Positions 49,845 to 60,463 of a stretch of DNA of 64,000 nt are shown one piece after another. The notes below the pieces were generated by a model that made no database searches, was not told the origin of the DNA, and was given only the letters and a program-made list of their open reading frames with translations. Source of the DNA: a virus; IMG/VR virus record IMGVR_UViG_3300036985_006490, positions 98,813-162,812 of that record. One strand, written 5' to 3'. The position numbers and the translations under genes are program-made. Every line of letters starts with the position of its first letter. Positions within the stretch are counted from its first letter, which is position 1.

Positions 49845-51293
49845 TTATCTGTTGTAATTATCCTTATCTGAAATATATTCACCTGGTTCATAATGTGTGA
49901 TTCGACCATCAGTTACCTTTACATTAGGTATTGTTTCATCAACAACAAGGGAATTATACCAATCTTCTAACTCAGGAAAAGTTTCGACAAAACTTTTATT
50001 TCTTCTTTTATCATATTGTACATAAAAACTTTTGAAGTCATGGAATTGCATTTGCATGTCCATTTCAGTTGTATTATGTCCTCGGTTTACAACCTCAATA
50101 TAATCAATCAGACGTTGAATTTGGGCACCTTCATGCATATTAATCAATGGATTTTTTTTGTTTTTTCTCCACCACATCGATAATTTACCATGTAAGTCGT
50201 GTTTGATGTCATCAGGTAAAGTTAATGGAGACATAAATGCCGGCCATCTAAGAATGTTAAAGTCAACAATAGGTTTGTGACTCCCATACTTAGTCTTTAA
50301 TTCCAACATGTCGTCCAAAAATTCGGTAATACTGAATAAACATAAACTATTAATTGTCATCATTATGACGACTTGTCTAATTTTTGCGCTTTCAATAACT
50401 TGAACCAAATTTTTTCTCCAAACTTCGTAATTCAAACCGTCTCTAATATACTCAGCTTGTTCTCCGTAAGCTTCACAACTGGTATATATATCAAATTCTT
50501 TGACATCAATTTCCTGAGTTATATTAATTAACTTATCAATAATTTCTTGATTCACACCCAAGTTTGAATTGACCGCAACTCTTAGGTTTGGTGAAGGGTA
50601 TTTTTTAACCTCTTCCATAAACTGCCAAAAATTGTGACTCAAACAAGGTTCTCCACCAGTGACTCTGATTTCTTGTAAGGTTTTTGTAATATCAGGCCAC
50701 CATTCTAAAAATGCCGTAACATATGGATTATTTTCATTGCGTTTACCATAGATTTCAGACCAAGACCCGTCAGCGTAGTATGCCCCCGCACTTGTCGTCT
50801 TAAACTTTTGATAAGCCCCATTTTTTTTGATGTCTTTTCCCCAAGTTGTTGAATAACCTGAGTTACAGTATGAACACGCAAAATTACAAGTACGGTCAAA
50901 ACTAACCTCGATTGTCTTTGGTGTAATATCCGCATCCCAAGGAAGATGCTTAAGCTCTTCGATTTCCTCTTCAGTATAAATTTGGCTTTTGTATACACGG
51001 TCAGAAATATTATTTCTACCAATATCTTCAATCTTCCAACAGTATGAACATTCAGCGGGTTTAGTACCCTCCAACATCATTTTCCTAATCTCTTTTTTGA
51101 AATCAGTATTATGTAATGCGGATGGGTTTGTTTTGATTTTTTCCAAATCAATAGGATGTGGTAGTGGAAGATGACAAGAATTTGTGAATCCATGGCCTAA
51201 GTGTAAACTTACGTTATACCATTTTGCAGCACAAAAGCTACAACTCACAGAATTTAAATGTTTATCTCTCCAATTTGCTAACTGCTCTGACAT
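49845..51293 (-). CDS. Twitch-domain radical SAM protein
   Basis: FCAAKW, SCH, ECSYCW, CNFACSYC, TGGEP. Confidence 0.9.
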   Translation of the reverse strand: MSEQLANWRDKHLNSVSCSFCAAKWYNVSLHLGHGFTNSCHLPLPHPIDLEKIKTNPSALHNTDFKKEIRKMMLEGTKPAECSYCWKIEDIGRNNISDRVYKSQIYTEEEIEELKHLPWDADITPKTIEVSFDRTCNFACSYCNSGYSTTWGKDIKKNGAYQKFKTTSAGAYYADGSWSEIYGKRNENNPYVTAFLEWWPDITKTLQEIRVTGGEPCLSHNFWQFMEEVKKYPSPNLRVAVNSNLGVNQEIIDKLINITQEIDVKEFDIYTSCEAYGEQAEYIRDGLNYEVWRKNLVQVIESAKIRQVVIMMTINSLCLFSITEFLDDMLELKTKYGSHKPIVDFNILRWPAFMSPLTLPDDIKHDLHGKLSMWWRKNKKNPLINMHEGAQIQRLIDYIEVVNRGHNTTEMDMQMQFHDFKSFYVQYDKRRNKSFVETFPELEDWYNSLVVDETIPNVKVTDGRITHYEPGEYISDKDNYNR

Positions 51294-51332
51294 TTTCTTT
51301 TTGTTTAATATATATATATTATTTTTTTTTAA

Positions 51333-52085
51333 TTATAGTACAAATTCACTCGGAACCCTCTCCAAAAAATTTGTGTTTTTTGATTCATCGTAAACTATTC
51401 CAATATTATTAATGGTTTTAAAATCGTACAAACAAAGGATATTGTTATAATATTTTTCATTTATTAATTTCTCATTTTTTAAATTATGAATGAATTTAAC
51501 TTCTTCAATATCACTAGTGTTTTTAATTATTGAAAAAAAAGTATAATCAACTTCGCAGTGATATCTGTGTTTTTTTTCATATGACTGAGGACTAGCACAT
51601 CCCAAGAATACCTCAGGTATTCTATAGTCTTGAACAAACTCACCCTCCATGTCCATTCTGTTTATTTCAACAAAATTTTTATAAGCAATTAAAATATCCC
51701 CATCTCTAATAATTGTAATCGTAACACCAGTTTCAATGTCATCAGCATTTACATCCTTCATATGGAAATATCTGAACTTATCTATACCATCGGCAGTAAC
51801 CCAATATTCAAATGCTGCAGACTGAGTTGACGTATTATACGAAAGTCCAATAGGCTTACCAGGTTTTCCATAAACCATTGATATGTCATCTCTTTCAAAT
51901 GTTTTTTCTATTTTGAATGTAGAACTTATTACAAATTTTTTGTTATATAAAAAATTAGTAAACTCGTTGTTATTGTGTTTATTGAACTCAGTAACATATT
52001 GATCATCAGGATGTTCTTTAATATCCCATTCAAATTTTATCCAATAAGGTTGTCTATATTCTATTTTCATTTTCAATTTTTTCAA
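51333..52085 (-). CDS. Concanavalin/LamG-like domain protein, paralog of the 52054-54153 N-terminus
   Basis: Shared MKIEY..P.W, G.PGK..G.SY, FE.W, LGC, LCL.DF. Confidence 0.5.
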   Translation of the reverse strand: MKKLKMKIEYRQPYWIKFEWDIKEHPDDQYVTEFNKHNNNEFTNFLYNKKFVISSTFKIEKTFERDDISMVYGKPGKPIGLSYNTSTQSAAFEYWVTADGIDKFRYFHMKDVNADDIETGVTITIIRDGDILIAYKNFVEINRMDMEGEFVQDYRIPEVFLGCASPQSYEKKHRYHCEVDYTFFSIIKNTSDIEEVKFIHNLKNEKLINEKYYNNILCLYDFKTINNIGIVYDESKNTNFLERVPSEFVL

Positions 52086-54153
52086 AAAAGGATTCCAACT
52101 CAGGATAAACTTCTAAAACTTTTAAACCCCTTCTTGATTCATATTGTTTAACAAAGGTGTTAAGGTCTATTTTATGTTGTAGTAAAGTTGAATCATCGAA
52201 GTCTTTGTCTGATGTAAAAATGTCTTTTAATCTAGAAACCTTTTCTATTTCTTGAGTTGAAAATCCAACATCTTTCACATTTTGCATTTGAAGAAAATTC
52301 AAACTTCTGTAAGTAGAATTAAACTTCATATATTTTATCCATCTATCGAAAAAATCTTCGCTAATATATCCTTTTAACAACCTAAAACTCATAAATGAAG
52401 GTTGTCTCAAATAAGATGTATCCAATATAATTGAAGAACTCCAATATCGGTGCGGATTGAAATGTTTAATTTTTAACTCATGTATTTTTCTAATTAAATC
52501 CTCATAAGAAAACACACTAAAAATATTAAAAGTCGACATTACAACTATCGTGACTTTTGGTAAACTGGTTAACACTTTATCTATATTATTAAACAATTTT
52601 TCAAAATTCATTCCATATCTTGTATATTCAGACTGAATTCCATATCCATCACAAGAGGTAAATATGATTATTTCTTTAACTAAATCATTTTTGACTATAT
52701 TGTCTATTTTTTCTATTAATCTATCTATCAAATTATCAGGAACCCCTAAATTACTATTTATTGATAATTTAAGATTTCTATTCGGTTCATCTGTTTGTAA
52801 AATAAAATCTAAAACTTTCCAAGTATCTTTTGATAATAAAGGTTCCCCTCCAGTAATTCTGAACGTATCCATACTTTTATAAAGTTCTGGAAACCATTCC
52901 CAAAAACTGTTGACGTATGGGTTATCTTCAGAATGTTTATATGGTTTAGTATTACGTTCTTCCATACGTTGTGTTCCATTGTAATCAAATGAAAGTTTGT
53001 ATGGTCCGTGGTCGTTTATTTCTTCCATCCACTTTGAAGAATATTCTGGCCCACAATATGCACACTTGAAATTACAAGTGTTTGAAAAACTAACTTCAAC
53101 ATATTTTGGATTAAAGTTATCTCTCCAATCAGATTTGGAAATTTCATCAAAATAAGGTTCTGACCACGGTTCAGAGGATTTAAATACTCTATCAGAAAAT
53201 GAGGTTGAATTATCTTCTACATTCCAACAGTAAGAACATTCCGACGGACGTTTATTCTCTAACATTTCTTTGCGCGCCATTTTTTTAACTTTACTATTAT
53301 GTAACGCAGTTGGATTACGTGAAAGTTCTTCTAAACTAACCTTATGTGGTTCAGGGTGGTGACAAGAATGGGTTGTACCATTATGTAAATGCATAGTCAC
53401 CTGAGTCCATTTTGCCAAACAGAATCCACAACCAACTGCATCCAATTTCTTTTTAGAAATTTCAAATCCTATACTAGAATTTTTATTCTTTTTCTTCAAA
53501 AAATACTTGTCTTTATACTCGTCCAAGATAATAAATTCATCCCCATTTTGAGATTCAAAATCAAAAAGACACAAAAGATTATCACTAAACTTTTCTAAGT
53601 TGCGGTTTGTTTGGTTAACAAACATTTTAACTTCGTTAATCGGTAAAGATTTTTTGAACGTTGAGAAGTGAAATACATCCATTTCGGTCAAATTTCTATG
53701 TGACTGATTTATACTATCAATATTATGACAACCAATGTAAATTGGTTCATTAATATAGTCATCAATTAATACTGAATTAGACTCGATTATATCTAATAAT
53801 TTGAAATCAAAAAATATTTTGTATTCGGAACCATTATAAGTTAGTGTTATATTGGTTTTTTTATCATACATTTTTTCAGTAATTGACCCATATGTATAAC
53901 AATTAAAAACAGGGTTTCCGTTTGCACCTTTAGTCCAAAATTCAAAAACAAATAATTTTTTTACATAGTCATAACTTATACCAAAGTTTTTACCTGGAAC
54001 TCCAAAAAAACCTATTTTGTTATCCCTCTTATAATTTTGGCCTACACTAAAAGATAAACTAATAGTGTATGATGGATTCATAATAATATTAGTTTGTTCT
54101 TCACCTAATTTTGGTTTTACAAACCAAGGTTTTTCATACTCTATTTTCATCAC
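52054..54153 (-). CDS. LamG-like domain + twitch-domain radical SAM
   Basis: FCLAKW, SCHH, ECSYCW, CNFKCAYC, TGGEP. Confidence 0.85.
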   Translation of the reverse strand: MMKIEYEKPWFVKPKLGEEQTNIIMNPSYTISLSFSVGQNYKRDNKIGFFGVPGKNFGISYDYVKKLFVFEFWTKGANGNPVFNCYTYGSITEKMYDKKTNITLTYNGSEYKIFFDFKLLDIIESNSVLIDDYINEPIYIGCHNIDSINQSHRNLTEMDVFHFSTFKKSLPINEVKMFVNQTNRNLEKFSDNLLCLFDFESQNGDEFIILDEYKDKYFLKKKNKNSSIGFEISKKKLDAVGCGFCLAKWTQVTMHLHNGTTHSCHHPEPHKVSLEELSRNPTALHNSKVKKMARKEMLENKRPSECSYCWNVEDNSTSFSDRVFKSSEPWSEPYFDEISKSDWRDNFNPKYVEVSFSNTCNFKCAYCGPEYSSKWMEEINDHGPYKLSFDYNGTQRMEERNTKPYKHSEDNPYVNSFWEWFPELYKSMDTFRITGGEPLLSKDTWKVLDFILQTDEPNRNLKLSINSNLGVPDNLIDRLIEKIDNIVKNDLVKEIIIFTSCDGYGIQSEYTRYGMNFEKLFNNIDKVLTSLPKVTIVVMSTFNIFSVFSYEDLIRKIHELKIKHFNPHRYWSSSIILDTSYLRQPSFMSFRLLKGYISEDFFDRWIKYMKFNSTYRSLNFLQMQNVKDVGFSTQEIEKVSRLKDIFTSDKDFDDSTLLQHKIDLNTFVKQYESRRGLKVLEVYPELESFFEKIENENRI

Positions 54154-55574
54154 TTCATTATTACGTTTATAAACCTTGTATTTGGATATAATGACTCATC
54201 AACATTCACTAACTCAGTTACGTTTAATATTTTATTATACCCTTCTTCTTTATAATTTATTTTCTTTTGTTGCATTTCCGTAACAAATCTTCTTTCATTC
54301 CTTGCGGTAGTTTCACCTTTAGCCCATTTACCATTAACATACCCTTCGTCATCATGGTATATACAATCAAAAGAACATTCTCTCCGATAAGGTAAAACTA
54401 AATCTTTTACTTCAATATCTTCATTTACAAATATAGTATTATTATTGTATAATTCACACTCATTCACTAAATCTTTATCCGATACATTGAAATTATAATG
54501 AAGCACTAAATCATTATTATCTTCAAAAATTGAATTTACGTCATCAAAAAACCTATTGTAGATTTTGACTTCGGCAATCTTACCTTTTAAGAAAACACCA
54601 GTGAGAGTACACACTCCAAGGAGTATTGCTTTGACTGCATCATGAGTCTTTAATTTTTTATCAATGTGTAATGGTATTGATTCTTTAACTCCATTTACGT
54701 TGTAATTTAAGTCATTATTAATGTAAAGGTATGAATCTCCATTTTCTGAGTCATATGTCACAGTTACCCATGTCCATTCATTCTCAAATCTTTTTGCGTA
54801 ATTATAATGATGTTTATCGTCCCTATCATAAACTATTGAAGTTACTGCCCTTGAGTTATTAAAAGAAATACCCCAATTGTGACTACCATCTTTTCTAATC
54901 AATGGGTATTCAATAAACTTTTTTTCTTCATCTCCAACCAACCAAATTGGTACTTTTTCGGGTTGTTGATCGGCATTAAATAAGATTGATATGGTGTGGT
55001 CTTGGTGTAAACAAGAACTAATTTCTCGATTTGTCCTTAATGCCAAAAATGAATCTTGTCCGTTGAATTCTGCAACTCTTCTATTTTCAGATTTTTTGAA
55101 GATTTTATATGTTGTTAATCCTTCATAGTATGCCCTCCAAAACAAATCATCATCTTCTTGACCCCAATCCCAATAGTCATTTGAATATCCGTTTGTTTTT
55201 TCAACTTGGTCTTTAGTGAATAAAATTACTCCTCCAAAATATTGTTCGTATCCAAGTTTATATTCGTATTTTGATAATTTGGTTGCAATGTGGACAGGAT
55301 TATCACCTGGATAAGAGTAGTCACAATTATCATCATGAGGAACCATATCGACATCATGCCAAGCGATATAATCACAACCATCTTCAAAGGCCTGATGTGC
55401 CGCAATATTTTTCATCGATCCTCTGTTGAACAACTTATCATCAACTTGATGACCCACATAAAACTTATGAGGGATATCCATTTTATTTAGGTGTTCTGTT
55501 AGGCGAGGTATTAACTCTTCGATGTGTTCTTTTCTATTTCTGTATGGTATACAGATTCCTAATTTTGGTTTCAT
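54150..55574 (-). CDS. GT7 (beta-1,4-galactosyltransferase-like) with inserted LamG-like domain
   Basis: IPYRNR, FNRG, HDVD, YFGG, GYSNDYWDWGQEDDD; insert with FNG...WTWVTVTY...GKIAEVKIY. Confidence 0.8.
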   Translation of the reverse strand: MKPKLGICIPYRNRKEHIEELIPRLTEHLNKMDIPHKFYVGHQVDDKLFNRGSMKNIAAHQAFEDGCDYIAWHDVDMVPHDDNCDYSYPGDNPVHIATKLSKYEYKLGYEQYFGGVILFTKDQVEKTNGYSNDYWDWGQEDDDLFWRAYYEGLTTYKIFKKSENRRVAEFNGQDSFLALRTNREISSCLHQDHTISILFNADQQPEKVPIWLVGDEEKKFIEYPLIRKDGSHNWGISFNNSRAVTSIVYDRDDKHHYNYAKRFENEWTWVTVTYDSENGDSYLYINNDLNYNVNGVKESIPLHIDKKLKTHDAVKAILLGVCTLTGVFLKGKIAEVKIYNRFFDDVNSIFEDNNDLVLHYNFNVSDKDLVNECELYNNNTIFVNEDIEVKDLVLPYRRECSFDCIYHDDEGYVNGKWAKGETTARNERRFVTEMQQKKINYKEEGYNKILNVTELVNVDESLYPNTRFINVIMK

Positions 55575-57016
55575 ATTCCTACGTTAATGTGTATAATATT
55601 ATCGACAGTTTCCTTACCGAATTCTCTAAATTTACAAGTCGAAAGACCATTACTTTCGATTTTATTACTGTTAATCAAAACTTCATTATGAAACCGTAAC
55701 TGATTGAATCTTGTAGTTTGGCTTTTCCATCCACCGTTTTCATATCCATTTTCCTGATGTGGCAATAGTTTAAACGTAGATTCTCTACGGTGTGGAATCT
55801 TAATTTCTTTGTAGTTGTCGAATGTAATTCCAACTATTTCACAATTATAAATCCATCCATTATTTCTTTTTTCACTCAAATCTATCAATTGATAGCCTTT
55901 TATGAATTTAGCATCATAATATGAAATTAGTTTATAGTCAGATCTATAGTTTCCGAAATTTTGTGCCAATCCAAAAAATTGATTTTTGGATATTTCTTCG
56001 ATTTCATCTTCCTCCAAGATGTCATTGAATACCGCAAAAGAACTTATCGTCCCTTTGAAATAGTTATTATCTTTTTCTCTGTGTGGATTTCCACAACCTA
56101 AATAAAAATGAGACTCTTTCGAATAGTCATAAAAAGTTCCAATTCTTTTTGCTCCAACAAGTTTTCCATTTTGATACATTGAAAATTCTTTTTCATTCTT
56201 ATCTATAGTAATCGTGATGTTTGTTTTGAAATTGGGTAAGATGTCACTGTGAATGAAAACTACTCTCTTATTGTCAGTGAATATTTGAAAAGTATACCTC
56301 CTATATGAATTATAAGTTATGGTACAATCATAACCAGGTATAGAAAATACTGACATAATATCTTCATCTTTATCTTTGTCCAATTCCAAATCATCGGGGC
56401 AAAAAGAAACAAAAATTGTTATTTTTCCGTCAGGATTATAACTTGTTTGATTTATGAAATCAAAAATATTTGGTGATTTAACATACGCATTTTTACCATT
56501 GAACTTCAAAGCCGCGGTGTTTCCTCCATCCAATCTGATTTGTTTACTATTTAAAGGAACTTTGGATTGTTCGCATCTATACAATAAATCATCGTCTTCG
56601 TACCCCCACCCCCAATAATTGTTAGAATAACCGTTAATTTCTTCAAATGTTTTTATGGGAAATAAGGTTACACCACCAAAATATTGGTCGAATACAATTC
56701 TATTAAAATCTTCAGTTCCTATAAGATTGGTCGCCAAATGAAGAGGAATATCACTGTATGAATAATCCACTTTCTCAGGCAACATATCTAAATCATGAAA
56801 AACAACATAATCACATCCAAGTTTCTTCGCATAAATTGCACCGACATTTAATAATTTTCCCCTATTAAAACTCTTTTCATTATCTTGTTCCACAATAATT
56901 AGAGAATAGTCAATACCAGATTCAGACAGATATTCAGTAATATGACTTTTGAATTTTACCAAGTCAAAATATCTATCCCGATAGGGCACAATTATTCCTA
57001 ACTTGTGATTATCCAT
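55571..57016 (-). CDS. GT7 with inserted LamG-like domain
   Basis: VPYRDR, FNRGKLLN, HDLD, YFGG, NGYSNNYWGWGYEDDD; insert with FNG...YQNG...FKGTISSF. Confidence 0.8.
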   Translation of the reverse strand: MDNHKLGIIVPYRDRYFDLVKFKSHITEYLSESGIDYSLIIVEQDNEKSFNRGKLLNVGAIYAKKLGCDYVVFHDLDMLPEKVDYSYSDIPLHLATNLIGTEDFNRIVFDQYFGGVTLFPIKTFEEINGYSNNYWGWGYEDDDLLYRCEQSKVPLNSKQIRLDGGNTAALKFNGKNAYVKSPNIFDFINQTSYNPDGKITIFVSFCPDDLELDKDKDEDIMSVFSIPGYDCTITYNSYRRYTFQIFTDNKRVVFIHSDILPNFKTNITITIDKNEKEFSMYQNGKLVGAKRIGTFYDYSKESHFYLGCGNPHREKDNNYFKGTISSFAVFNDILEEDEIEEISKNQFFGLAQNFGNYRSDYKLISYYDAKFIKGYQLIDLSEKRNNGWIYNCEIVGITFDNYKEIKIPHRRESTFKLLPHQENGYENGGWKSQTTRFNQLRFHNEVLINSNKIESNGLSTCKFREFGKETVDNIIHINVGI

Positions 57017-57212
57017 CTATGGTTGGGTCTTTTGGTTTGATTGTATTATGAAATTCTGCCAAATAGTATTGTAGTCTTTGACTCCACTCATCTTTTTCAA
57101 TTTCTTCTACCCAAACAGTTAAAGCGTCCAATGTGTTTGCAATTTTTTCTAAGGCTTTAACTTTACGTTGTTCTAATAACAATTTTTCTTTTTCTTTATC
57201 TAATTCTGTCAT
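57009..57212 (-). CDS. Small hypothetical coiled-coil protein
   Basis: Overlaps both neighbouring genes in the operon. Confidence 0.6.
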   Translation of the reverse strand: MTELDKEKEKLLLEQRKVKALEKIANTLDALTVWVEEIEKDEWSQRLQYYLAEFHNTIKPKDPTIDG

Positions 57213-58075
57213 ATCGAAGTTATTTTGTTTATTAAATTATTCCATTTTCTATATCTTTTGAATTCATCGTATCCTGATGATTCTTCAATCATAAACTCTT
57301 CATTATTCAAATCTATTAAAAATTTAGATTTTTCCAACTCTTTATACATTCTCATGTACTCATCTGAATATGAATAATCTTTATTGGTATCTGCAACTTT
57401 TTTTATTCTATCTATTGAGGTTTCATCCCACTTAAAATGATGAACTTGTACTGAATGAGTATTAATTGGAGCAATTAACGGGTGTCCCCATCCTTGCCAT
57501 CTCCAAGTAGTATGTTCGTCAATTTTGGCATAATGTTGTCCGTTGGTTACCGTTACCCATCCTCTCATAACACAAACTTTATTTGGACAAGCATAACTCA
57601 TCGGGTATCTAAAAAATCCCATAACAGGAAATTGTTCCCAAATACTTTCATTTTCATCGATTTTTGGGAATGTTCCTCCATTACCAATTCTGTCTATGAA
57701 ACCACCTCGGACAATATCCCATCCGTTAAACTCACAATCTAATATAAGTCTTTGTAAATTATCTTTTGGATACAAGTGAAATTCATCTATGTCTGCAACG
57801 ACCCACCAATCATTTTTATATGTTGATTTAACTTCATTGTACAGGTTAGTTACCATCTCCCAATCAAAATTATGATGGAAAACTTCCTTTACAACACTAA
57901 CATTTTCATACCCTACTATAAGATTCTTTACTTCATCACTTATGTTTGAATGTAAATCTGAATTGTAACAAACAATCTGAATCTCATCTACATACTTTTG
58001 ATAATGTTTAATAAAATGTGGTAGTAAATTAATCCCATGTCCTATGACTGTAACCAATCTTATCATTTTTTCCAA
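57209..58075 (-). CDS. GT2-like glycosyltransferase
   Basis: LPHFIKHY, WWVVADIDEF, HHFKW. Confidence 0.7.
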   Translation of the reverse strand: MEKMIRLVTVIGHGINLLPHFIKHYQKYVDEIQIVCYNSDLHSNISDEVKNLIVGYENVSVVKEVFHHNFDWEMVTNLYNEVKSTYKNDWWVVADIDEFHLYPKDNLQRLILDCEFNGWDIVRGGFIDRIGNGGTFPKIDENESIWEQFPVMGFFRYPMSYACPNKVCVMRGWVTVTNGQHYAKIDEHTTWRWQGWGHPLIAPINTHSVQVHHFKWDETSIDRIKKVADTNKDYSYSDEYMRMYKELEKSKFLIDLNNEEFMIEESSGYDEFKRYRKWNNLINKITSI

Positions 58076-59055
58076 AAACTATAAATTCCCTTATCTAATT
58101 CATAATCACTCCAAATAAATCTCTCTCTCATTGGTTGTTTCTGTGCCCAATCCCACATTTTAGTTAATCCTTCTTTCAAAGAAGTTTCATGTTTGAATCC
58201 TAAAATGTCCACAGACTTTTGAAATGTTGGTATTGAATGTTTGACTTCATGTCTACCCTCCAAGTGGGCAATATCCCCATCCCCTATAACTTCTCGTAAA
58301 ATTTTAGAAACATCTTTAATCGATATTTCTTCTACCCCACCCAAGTTAATAATCTCCTTTGATGCTTCGGGTCTTACCGCAGCATTCCATAATGGTTCAA
58401 GAGAATCATCAATGAAAGAGAATGCCCGAGTTTGTTCACCATCACCAAAAATGGTCATTGGTTTCCCAATCATATGTTGATACATCCAAATACCTAATAC
58501 ATTTCGGTATTTATCCCAAATGTTTTGTTTAACACCATAAACATTATGTGGACGAATAATACACCAATCTAATCCATGTTGCTCTCCAGCAATTTGAATG
58601 TCCATTTCACATCCATACTTTGCAACTCCATATGGGTCAATTGGTTTTGGTACTTGATTTTCATCAAAAATCCCACCATATCCGTGTCCGTATACTGCAA
58701 GAGTAGATGTAAAAATTAAACGCTTTACATCATGTTTAATACATTCATTAATAACATTTGCAGTCGCAACTAAGTTATTTTCATAATTATATTTTCTGAT
58801 GAATGGAGATAGTCCTTCAGCAGCATAGGCGGCAAGATGATATACAAAATCTGGTTTAAATGTTTTAAAAATTTCTGATAATTCATCAGATTTACAATCA
58901 ATATTAAAAAATTTAACGTTTGAATGAACATTTTCAATGTATCCCCCACTTAAGTTATCTACACCTATTATTTCAACATCTGATTTATTTTCAATTATCC
59001 AATCAGCAAGTCTAGACCCTAAAAGACCGGCAACTCCTGTAATTAATACTTTCAT
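58063..59055 (-). CDS. NAD-dependent sugar epimerase/dehydratase (GalE-like)
   Basis: ITGVAGLLGS, DNLSGG, YGVAK, RPHNVYG, GDGEQTR. Confidence 0.9.
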   Translation of the reverse strand: MKVLITGVAGLLGSRLADWIIENKSDVEIIGVDNLSGGYIENVHSNVKFFNIDCKSDELSEIFKTFKPDFVYHLAAYAAEGLSPFIRKYNYENNLVATANVINECIKHDVKRLIFTSTLAVYGHGYGGIFDENQVPKPIDPYGVAKYGCEMDIQIAGEQHGLDWCIIRPHNVYGVKQNIWDKYRNVLGIWMYQHMIGKPMTIFGDGEQTRAFSFIDDSLEPLWNAAVRPEASKEIINLGGVEEISIKDVSKILREVIGDGDIAHLEGRHEVKHSIPTFQKSVDILGFKHETSLKEGLTKMWDWAQKQPMRERFIWSDYELDKGIYSFWKK

Positions 59056-59780
59056 ATTTTTTTATTTATTATTGTTATTCCACTCGAAGAAGGCTTATCT
59101 TTTAATATACGGAAATTATGTAGATTTATCAAGTTCCATTCAGGACTTTGTTGTAACTCTTGAACCAATTTAGATGGCCCATCAAATGAATGATGGTCTT
59201 TTTTTGAATCCTCTGAAACAATCAAACTTTTTTCATAGTTTTCATCAGTATCGTGTAAAACTATCACTCCGTTATCGGAAATAATTTTTGAATATAATTC
59301 GAAATCTGTTTTAACCCCTTCATATGAATGATCTCCATCAATGAATAAAAAATCTATTTTGATATCTTGTCTAACAAAAAAATCATAGTAAGCATCTACC
59401 GATGTAGATTTAATTAAACGAGGATAAAATGTGGTTCTAAAAAATGAATTCTCATCTTCAATGTCAGTTGGTCCTCCAACCCCATTACAAGCATCAACTA
59501 AATAAGTAACCCCAATATCCCCCCAATTATAATCAGGATTTCCTTCGAATATTTTTTGATTATGTAAATCAATCCTTGCTTGAGTTATTATTCTTGGTAT
59601 AAATCCACCACCTGAACCAATACAAACACAAACTTTTGTCCTCATGTGTTGAATCAAAGAATATACTATCAATCCATCCCCCAAATGTGATTTAGTTGCA
59701 CCATGCGTCCATAGGTATGGAACTAACTCTCCATCGTTTGCGGTTATGTATTTTTCAATATAGGGTTGATTTGTAATCAT
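59052..59780 (-). CDS. Class I methyltransferase (Methyltransf_24-like)
   Basis: IGSGGG, IDFLFIDGDHSYEGV, HD. Confidence 0.8.
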   Translation of the reverse strand: MITNQPYIEKYITANDGELVPYLWTHGATKSHLGDGLIVYSLIQHMRTKVCVCIGSGGGFIPRIITQARIDLHNQKIFEGNPDYNWGDIGVTYLVDACNGVGGPTDIEDENSFFRTTFYPRLIKSTSVDAYYDFFVRQDIKIDFLFIDGDHSYEGVKTDFELYSKIISDNGVIVLHDTDENYEKSLIVSEDSKKDHHSFDGPSKLVQELQQSPEWNLINLHNFRILKDKPSSSGITIINKKI

Positions 59781-59794
59781 GAAAATAATTAAGA

Positions 59795-60463
59795 TTATTT
59801 ACTCTTTTTTTGAATGTTTGCTTCCAAATTCTTACCATACGCATAGGTTCCAATGTGGTAGATTTCATTACTTAAGTTCATATCCACTTTGACTTGATGT
59901 CCAACCTTATTCAATTTCTTAAACAGTGTAAAATCTTCTCCTCCCCAGTCATTAGTCTTTGGTTGGTAGGTATATTCAAAATACGGTTTTTCTAATTTTT
60001 TAAACAGTTCTGTTTTCATTAAAACACAACCCATTCCAATTGCTTCAACTGTAACTAAATCATCTTCAGATTGTATGGGTATCCAACTCTCAAAATCGTT
60101 GGTGTCAGTAAATGCAACAGATTTGAATGGGGAAGCCCTTTTCATATAATTGCAAGCCACAATATCTTGTTTATGTGCAAGTAACCTCAATAAAGTTGTT
60201 GGGGGGAACATCATATCACTGTCCAACCAAAGTACCCATTCAGATTTCATTGCAATGGCTTGACCAATCAGGTTCTCTCTTTGATTGATTAGTATGGTTG
60301 ATGCGTCAAAAAAAAGGTGTACATCAATTCCCATCTGAGTGGTAGTTTTTATTAAATTTCCAAGTGAAAGTGAAAAATGAGAATACACAGTGTCCCTCGT
60401 TGGAACCAATATGGAAACCGATGTAGGTATTCCTTCCCATATTGTATTTGTGTAGACACTCAT
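59795..60463 (-). CDS. GT2-like glycosyltransferase
   Basis: LWLDSDM, GMGCVL, GEDFTL. Confidence 0.75.
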   Translation of the reverse strand: MSVYTNTIWEGIPTSVSILVPTRDTVYSHFSLSLGNLIKTTTQMGIDVHLFFDASTILINQRENLIGQAIAMKSEWVLWLDSDMMFPPTTLLRLLAHKQDIVACNYMKRASPFKSVAFTDTNDFESWIPIQSEDDLVTVEAIGMGCVLMKTELFKKLEKPYFEYTYQPKTNDWGGEDFTLFKKLNKVGHQVKVDMNLSNEIYHIGTYAYGKNLEANIQKKSK

